The notes below the pieces were generated by a model. It did no database searches, had not been told where the DNA came from, and saw nothing but the letters and a program-made list of their open reading frames with translations. From IMG/VR virus record IMGVR_UViG_3300033753_000334, positions 34,985 through 98,984 of that record: a stretch of DNA of 64,000 bases; one strand, given 5' to 3'. Below, in pieces: positions 58,359-64,000 of this stretch; position 1 is the first letter of the stretch; every line of letters begins with the position of its first letter. The DNA is from a virus. Made by a program: the position numbers and the translations under genes.

Positions 58359-59123
58359 TCGTACAGGGAACAAATATCAGCATCTGCCCCTGATTAACAA
58401 ACTGGTAAGGGACACAGATATTATGCCGTATACGATTTGTTCATGGGTAGCGGAAGTATTTTGCTGAACATAGCGTGTGAAGCCAGAAGGTTGATAGGAG
58501 TAGATATTCGTCCTTTATTTCCTAAGTGGTATGATTTTCTTCGCTCTAAAGCACCGCTTTTTACGATGGAAATGGCAAGGGAACGGGCCGAGAAAATCCG
58601 GCTAGATAGCGCACATCGCCAGTTTTTACAGCGAGTGATAGATGAAGGTTGGTTGCATGAAGAAATCGGATGGCGTTTAGCACTCGATGTTTCGTTATTT
58701 TCAAAGTGTTTACAGGAGGGACAAGATGAGAGGAAAGTAACTTTTACAGAAGATGGGTTGTTATCTATCGTGCAGCAGTTAAATGAACTGACTCGGCAAT
58801 TGCAAAGTCGCAAGTATACTTTCAAAGTCGGAGATTTTTCGGAGTATGTGCTGAATACAAACCATGACCTGTTGATTCTCGATCCGCCATGTATTTTAGC
58901 CGAAGATTCTAGCATGTATAGAGATGTTCATGAGTTTATTCTGTATGACATGCTTGTGAATACCAAAAATGACTTCATTTTGTTTGGCTACCTGGAGCGA
59001 GACGGTATCGTGAATCTGAAGTTGCGGCAATTTACCAGATATTTTGGCCTGAAAATGATATATCTTCCTCCGAAGGAACGGAGCGAGAGACGGTCAATCG
59101 AAGTCATGGTTACAAATATTTAA
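58342..59123 (+). pseudogene. Degenerate Dam/D12-class adenine methyltransferase
   Basis: MKPPFDRTGNK is in a different frame from YDLFMGSGS (frameshift ~58408); catalytic motif reads DPPC instead of DPPY. Confidence 0.75.
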
Positions 59124-59153
59124 GCTGTTTAAGAAAAAAGTTAAGTACGCGCT

Positions 59154-59184
59154 AAAAAATCTTCCTGCTACTTCGTATAGAGTA
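59154..59184 (+). promoter_or_regulatory. Phage-specific promoter motif, copy 4
   Basis: AAAAAAT-N13-CGTATAGAGTA. Confidence 0.75.
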
Positions 59185-59206
59185 AATGGAAAGGAGATGA
59201 GAGTAG

Positions 59207-60412
59207 ATGTCGATGCGCAATCGTGAAATTAATTACACGGTTGAGTGTTTGAGCAAGTCTGATAAAGAGTTTCATGTACGAAAATACTGCGTAAAAAATA
59301 ACCTCAACTATGAACTGAAATTTAGTCTCAAAAAACAGACATGCGAAGTACTAAAAAATGGAGAGCCGTTACGGACTAATATTTCGAACGTGAATTTCTT
59401 TTTTGCTGGTATGAATAACGAAGAAATATTGGATTTAATCTCTACTGAAGCCAATAGAGCGCTGTATCAGTTTGTTTGGAATCGAATGGGCGCTATGGGT
59501 GACGAGGTAGTGAGCTACTTTTCACGCGGGTTGCTACGGCTGCTCGATTATCCAGTTATTGAGCTGTTCTATTTTTACGGCTTTAAAGCGTTAGGTGATA
59601 TCTGGTTGTACTGGCGTGATAAAAAGTTGGCAGCACCGCACAAAGTACTGGGTTGTCAGAAATATATGATGAAATATCTTAAAGAAATGAGCCGTGTTTT
59701 GCCGGATAATATCGCTACTCTGAACTCTTTGCACATGGCGGTAAACGGAAACAACGTGGTTACATTACTCGAAATCTTCCTTGAAGAAAGCGATTTTCAC
59801 ATTCTGATGAACAGCGTAGACTTGATCGTGGAATTGTACCGGGATTACGACTACCGAGACGTGAAGCGGCTTGGATTATACGCCACAAGGGAGGTGAAGC
59901 TGGAACAGGGAATTACATCGCCAAATAATGCTTTGGTTTTACTGCGTGACTACGCCCGTATGTGCAAAGTAATGGGGCGCGAATACGAAAAATATCCGAA
60001 GTCACTCAAGAAAGTGCATGATATCGCACAAATGAATTATCAGGTGCGCGATGATGCGACAAAGACGCAACAGTTTACCCGGATCGTTGAGTTGGAAGGC
60101 TATAAAATGTTGGAGTATAAGGATCGGGAGTATGTTGTTGTCATACCGCAATCGCCAAAGGATTTAATTGATGAAGGAAGTAACCTGTCACATTGTGTAG
60201 CTTCCTATGTAGACGATGTGATAAATGGAAAGTGTAAGATCGTATTTCTACGTTCTAAGAAAGAACCAGATGTTTCACTGGTGACGGTTGAAGTTCGCGG
60301 AAATACCATCCGCCAAGTGAAAGGCAAACGGAACCGGCGGCCAAGCGAAGAGGAGATGGCGTTTATCTCGAAATGGGCGAAGAAAAAAGGATTGCTCGTG
60401 AATATTTATTAA
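59207..60412 (+). CDS. PcfJ-domain protein
   Basis: YPKSLKKVHD, DLIDEGSNLSHCVASY, IVFLR, TVEV..QVKG..N. Confidence 0.85.
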   Translation: MSMRNREINYTVECLSKSDKEFHVRKYCVKNNLNYELKFSLKKQTCEVLKNGEPLRTNISNVNFFFAGMNNEEILDLISTEANRALYQFVWNRMGAMGDEVVSYFSRGLLRLLDYPVIELFYFYGFKALGDIWLYWRDKKLAAPHKVLGCQKYMMKYLKEMSRVLPDNIATLNSLHMAVNGNNVVTLLEIFLEESDFHILMNSVDLIVELYRDYDYRDVKRLGLYATREVKLEQGITSPNNALVLLRDYARMCKVMGREYEKYPKSLKKVHDIAQMNYQVRDDATKTQQFTRIVELEGYKMLEYKDREYVVVIPQSPKDLIDEGSNLSHCVASYVDDVINGKCKIVFLRSKKEPDVSLVTVEVRGNTIRQVKGKRNRRPSEEEMAFISKWAKKKGLLVNIY

Positions 60413-60747
60413 AAAATGGTACAGGAGTTTTGAATACCACTGTACCAACATCGAATGGTGGTTATGAACCTTGTTTCTTACGGTTCTTATATGCCCGGTC
60501 ATAAGCTATGAAGTGTAGAATGAGCAGGAGCAACATATAAATACCGATTGATTTATCAGCTATTACTCCGTGTTCTGGGTAAGTTACATTTACAGCAATA
60601 TCTAACATGCCAGCAGGGATGCATAGTGCAAATACAGTTTTCCAATCTAATAATCGTTCCAGTGTTAAAAAGCTATATGAGTTATTTAGTAACCGCCCTA
60701 ACCATTTCAGAAAATAATAGTTTAATTTAAAAGGAGATGTATGCTCA

Positions 60748-62379
60748 ATGAAAACAATTAAAATTCCGTTCGGAGAAAACGGATATAAGCGTATTTATAA
60801 TGTGCTTGATCGCATGGTGCTGCCTGGAGATACAGTGTTGGTGAATGAAAAAGATTTGCATACAGTAACAGCGGTAGATAATAGCTTAAACATCTTGGTA
60901 GAAGGCTGCGCTGCTTTTGTACGTGATGATTACCAGGTTGTAGAGTTTAGCGGTTTAGGAGAGTTGGATGGTGTAAGGTACAAGGAGGAAATGCGGAAAC
61001 CAAATATAGGGGAGAGCATTTTAATCACAAAAGGTGATAGCTTAGACAACTATGTTCAAAAGGGTGAAATTGGTGAGGTTAATTTAGTGTGTGTTTCTAA
61101 TATAAGAGCAAAATTATCTACAGGTTGGCGGTATGTAGGTAATGCAAGCTCTGAAGGCGACGATGCTGAATATGTTGTACTTGTGCCAGCTTTAACCCGT
61201 GAGGAAGTGATAGAAAAAGCGAAGCAGGATATTGAGGATTTGAAAGCAGGCAAGTACTACGCAGTTAAAAACAATAACAATGATAAGATAGCATGTGAAG
61301 CGTATTTCATTCGATCATTCAATAAAATAACTGTCTCTTTAAAAGTAGCTGATACAGGAGAAGTATTGGGACGCGGACATGCTATATGTTTGCCAAATGA
61401 CTGTTTCAACTGGCACATTGGCTGCGCTATAGCGCTACACCGAGCATTAGGACTGAATGTACCGCGCTATTACACATACGCGCCGCAGCCGACAAAGGTA
61501 CATGTTGGTGACATTGTGACTCACAAGATTGACAAGCAAATATTTAAAGTGGGGAAAGTGGATGGAGAAAGTTGCTTTATCGTACATGAAGGAAAAACAT
61601 ATCCTGTCCGTACATCCCACTTAATTGTGCTGGATGATTCACGTTTGCTCAGCATACCACAAGATGAACATGATAGATGGATTTCTACGGAGGAAATGTT
61701 TGCGCGGATTCAAACAGGAGAACGATATGAAGTTTTGCTTCCAGACACTCATCCGGTGCATGATTGTTATAGAGGATATGCTACACGTTTGGAGAACGGT
61801 GAGATTGTGTGGCAGGGTACATCATCATTGACACATCCAGTAAATCCAGCGACTTGCAAGTGGAGAAAGCTGGCTGATGATGAAGATGTTAAGAAGGATG
61901 ACGCTTCAGAGCAAGAGGAGATTAACGAGCGCGAGTATGTGATTCGTGCGGCGAAGCATTTGCTTGAACAGTATAAGAATGACGAGTTGGACGGCAATTA
62001 TCTGGTCGATGGTAAGGAATGTAACGCTGAATTCGTTGTAAATCGGGAAAAGCGCACCGTTGTATGCTTAATACGTGGTATTAATACGAAAAAGGTTCAT
62101 GCACGGGGAATCGCTAAATGTATGCCGTACGACTGCTTCAATATTCACATCGGAAAAGCGATTGCATTGTGCCGGGCTTTAGGAAAAGCGGTTCCGGATT
62201 ATCTGCTGAACGCGCCGAATCCAACGGAGCCGCAAGTAGGAGATGTAGTAGAGTTTCATCACCATAACGGCAGTGTATGCGGTGTTTTGAAGGTTACGGA
62301 AAATCGGGAGAGAGATCCTGGATTATGGGTGTTTAGGCCAGAATATGGTGACCGTGTTATAGATGATAGTCGTGAGTAG
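60748..62379 (+). CDS. Phage protein with a duplicated G.A.C.P.D.FN..IG.AIAL.RA domain
   Basis: Two copies of the module, each followed by P.PT...VGD.V. Confidence 0.75.
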   Translation: MKTIKIPFGENGYKRIYNVLDRMVLPGDTVLVNEKDLHTVTAVDNSLNILVEGCAAFVRDDYQVVEFSGLGELDGVRYKEEMRKPNIGESILITKGDSLDNYVQKGEIGEVNLVCVSNIRAKLSTGWRYVGNASSEGDDAEYVVLVPALTREEVIEKAKQDIEDLKAGKYYAVKNNNNDKIACEAYFIRSFNKITVSLKVADTGEVLGRGHAICLPNDCFNWHIGCAIALHRALGLNVPRYYTYAPQPTKVHVGDIVTHKIDKQIFKVGKVDGESCFIVHEGKTYPVRTSHLIVLDDSRLLSIPQDEHDRWISTEEMFARIQTGERYEVLLPDTHPVHDCYRGYATRLENGEIVWQGTSSLTHPVNPATCKWRKLADDEDVKKDDASEQEEINEREYVIRAAKHLLEQYKNDELDGNYLVDGKECNAEFVVNREKRTVVCLIRGINTKKVHARGIAKCMPYDCFNIHIGKAIALCRALGKAVPDYLLNAPNPTEPQVGDVVEFHHHNGSVCGVLKVTENRERDPGLWVFRPEYGDRVIDDSRE

Positions 62380-62415
62380 AATATTTTTAAAAGTAGACTG
62401 AAGGGAGATGTTTAC

Positions 62416-62577
62416 ATGGTAGATGTGATTAAAAAGTGTGTTGTATATATGGAGATGGTTGGCGTTGAGCCAAAGCGAGTAGAGGAAGAGGTGACGCTGC
62501 TGCAATTTCAGGGGTTGTTGGTGAAGGAGTCGCAGGGATTGGTGAAAATTATTGAAGCACCGGATTTTAGCGAATAG
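62416..62577 (+). CDS. Small hypothetical protein (53 aa)
   Basis: Not in the track. GGGAGA RBS, MVDVIKKCVVY... Confidence 0.45.
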   Translation: MVDVIKKCVVYMEMVGVEPKRVEEEVTLLQFQGLLVKESQGLVKIIEAPDFSE

Positions 62578-62633
62578 AAGAAAAGCAAGGGAAGTGTAAC
62601 ATGTGATTCCCTTGCCCAAAGGAGATGAAATGA

Positions 62634-63260
62634 ATGGAAAAAGGAGCTAAGTTTCAACATTATAAAGGCGGTATCTATACTTTTCATGGGATGGGGCTTC
62701 ATTCGGAGACGCAGGAAGTTATGGTCGCCTATTCAGGAGAGAACAACTCACTTTGGTTTCGTCCGGCAAGCATGTTTTTTGGGATGGTAGAGAAAGCAGG
62801 GCGTAGTTTTCCGCGTTTCCGGTTGATGACAAGTAGTGAGAAAAGTACCGAATATCGTAAAGTAGAAGTGTTTTTTGATGGTAAATGGACTGAAATTCCT
62901 TTTACAGCATTACAACCTCATGACGTTTTTCGTTTAGATGGAAAAGGTTGCTATATTGCTACAACAATACCATATCCGTATGGAGGCTTCTGGAAAATCA
63001 GGTATATACAAGTGTTCAAATTTAATGATGGGAATTGTTATTGGATTGTAGCGGAAAGCCAACAGCAAGCAGAGGAGTATTACGTTCACGACTACGGTGG
63101 CGAAAAAGAATACACTGTTAAACTCTTGTCCGCTAAAGAACTAACTGAGAATGTGTCAAGTCAAGAAGGACAGTACAATTCATGGCTGAAGATAGCACTG
63201 GAGAGTAACATCGTTCCGAACTGCATTGGTGATGATTCGGGGTATGGTGATCCGCTTTAA
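62634..63260 (+). CDS. DUF1653-domain protein
   Basis: FQHYKGGIY, HSETQEVMVAY, LWFRPASMF, PRF. Confidence 0.82.
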   Translation: MEKGAKFQHYKGGIYTFHGMGLHSETQEVMVAYSGENNSLWFRPASMFFGMVEKAGRSFPRFRLMTSSEKSTEYRKVEVFFDGKWTEIPFTALQPHDVFRLDGKGCYIATTIPYPYGGFWKIRYIQVFKFNDGNCYWIVAESQQQAEEYYVHDYGGEKEYTVKLLSAKELTENVSSQEGQYNSWLKIALESNIVPNCIGDDSGYGDPL

Positions 63261-63371
63261 TTATAAAGTCTTTCGTTATTATCCCTTCTACATGGAGGGA
63301 TTTTTTGTATTTTGAGCGAAAAAAATAAAACTTTTTTTGGTAGAATTAAAGAAAAATAAGGGGCGATTTTC

Positions 63372-63884
63372 ATGTCAAAAAATAAAAAAATAACAACTCC
63401 CGCTGATAGGATTTTGGAACAACAAAAACGAATAGAGCTTGTTTCTCAAGCACAAAGTATAGCTTATCAAATGTCCCCTGTCTTAGTGCAAGCCATGCAA
63501 GTAACAATACCACAGAAAATAGAAACTGTGGAATTTGCGATGAGGCAGGCTGTGAAATCAATGGCCTTATATGAACATGTCGCTAATCAGATGGCGTGGA
63601 AGTTAAATGAAATATATAAACGAATTCATTTAAGTCTACAGCCAATAGATGAAACCATGAAACAGATTTCTCACGTTTTGACTTTAGCAGAAACTCGTCT
63701 GAACCTTTCAACTCAATTAATACAGCATAGTATTTCTCAGGCAAGCCAAGCTTTACAGCAGGCAATAGCTTCTAATACAGAGATTGAGAATAAGATTCCG
63801 AATATTTCTCAAGTTTTGATGAAATACTTGGTGATAGATTCATTTCAGGAAAATGCGAAAATGGGCTTTACAGAACAACTTCTA
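63372..63884 (+). pseudogene. Gln-rich hypothetical gene truncated by IS insertion
   Basis: The last ~18 codons of the track ORF run into the IS end that begins at CTAG 63882-63885. Confidence 0.55.
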
Positions 63885-64000
63885 GTGCCCCATCAGACAA
63901 CCTTGATCTTCTTTTGCTCACGTAAAATGGCTTCATGACGTTTATTCTTATTTCGCCAGCGTACATACGCTTGAATCGCCTGTGCCAGTTCTTTGTGGTT
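63883..64000 (-). mobile_element. 3' end of an IS630-family insertion sequence (transposase C-terminus at 63893-64000)
   Basis: Minus frame NHKELAQAIQAYVRWRNKNKRHEAILREQKKIKVV* resembles IS630 C-termini; the element ends ...GGGGCACTAG at a TA target. Confidence 0.68.

Larger units (their letters stand above)
1..64000. mobile_element. Internal segment of a large temperate phage/prophage of a spore-forming Bacillales host
   Basis: Tape measure, tail and fibre genes, tyrosine recombinase, DnaD-type initiator/loader/DnaB, RecU, CI/Cro pair, phage methyltransferases; no host housekeeping operon; neither boundary visible. Confidence 0.93.

Noticed and set aside
1-64000. tRNA/rRNA genes, holin-endolysin cassette, cas1/cas2/cas4
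   Set aside because: None recognised in this window; they may lie outside it

Overview
This window is the middle of a large temperate phage or prophage of a spore-forming Bacillales host. A Paenibacillaceae-type host such as Aneurinibacillus or Brevibacillus is inferred from the SLH domains and sporulation genes. From left to right it holds: the 3' part of a tape-measure gene; a ~6.2 kb accessory island (Doc-type TA pair, two exported proteins, an XRE regulator, and a compact type V-F CRISPR-Cas12f1 locus); the rest of the tail module (SLH proteins, M23/lysozyme-like tail protein, fibres); morons; a XerC-like recombinase; a replication, recombination and DNA-modification module; a CI/Cro-like switch followed by four tandem sigma factors; accessory genes; and the end of an IS630-family element. 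The standout is the Cas12f1 locus. One nuclease with intact catalytic motifs is flanked by two diverged tracrRNA + mini-array cassettes. Each has its own repeat and a co-varying anti-repeat, and there are no cas1/cas2/cas4 genes in the window. The leader-proximal spacer encodes the same peptide (EGLLLGQ, in synonymous codons) as the adjacent XRE regulator gene, so it appears to target a homolog of the cassette's own regulator in a related element. Several genes carry frameshifts or nonsense codons, which indicates prophage decay or sequencing error. All family calls come from motif recognition by eye; no database searches were run.
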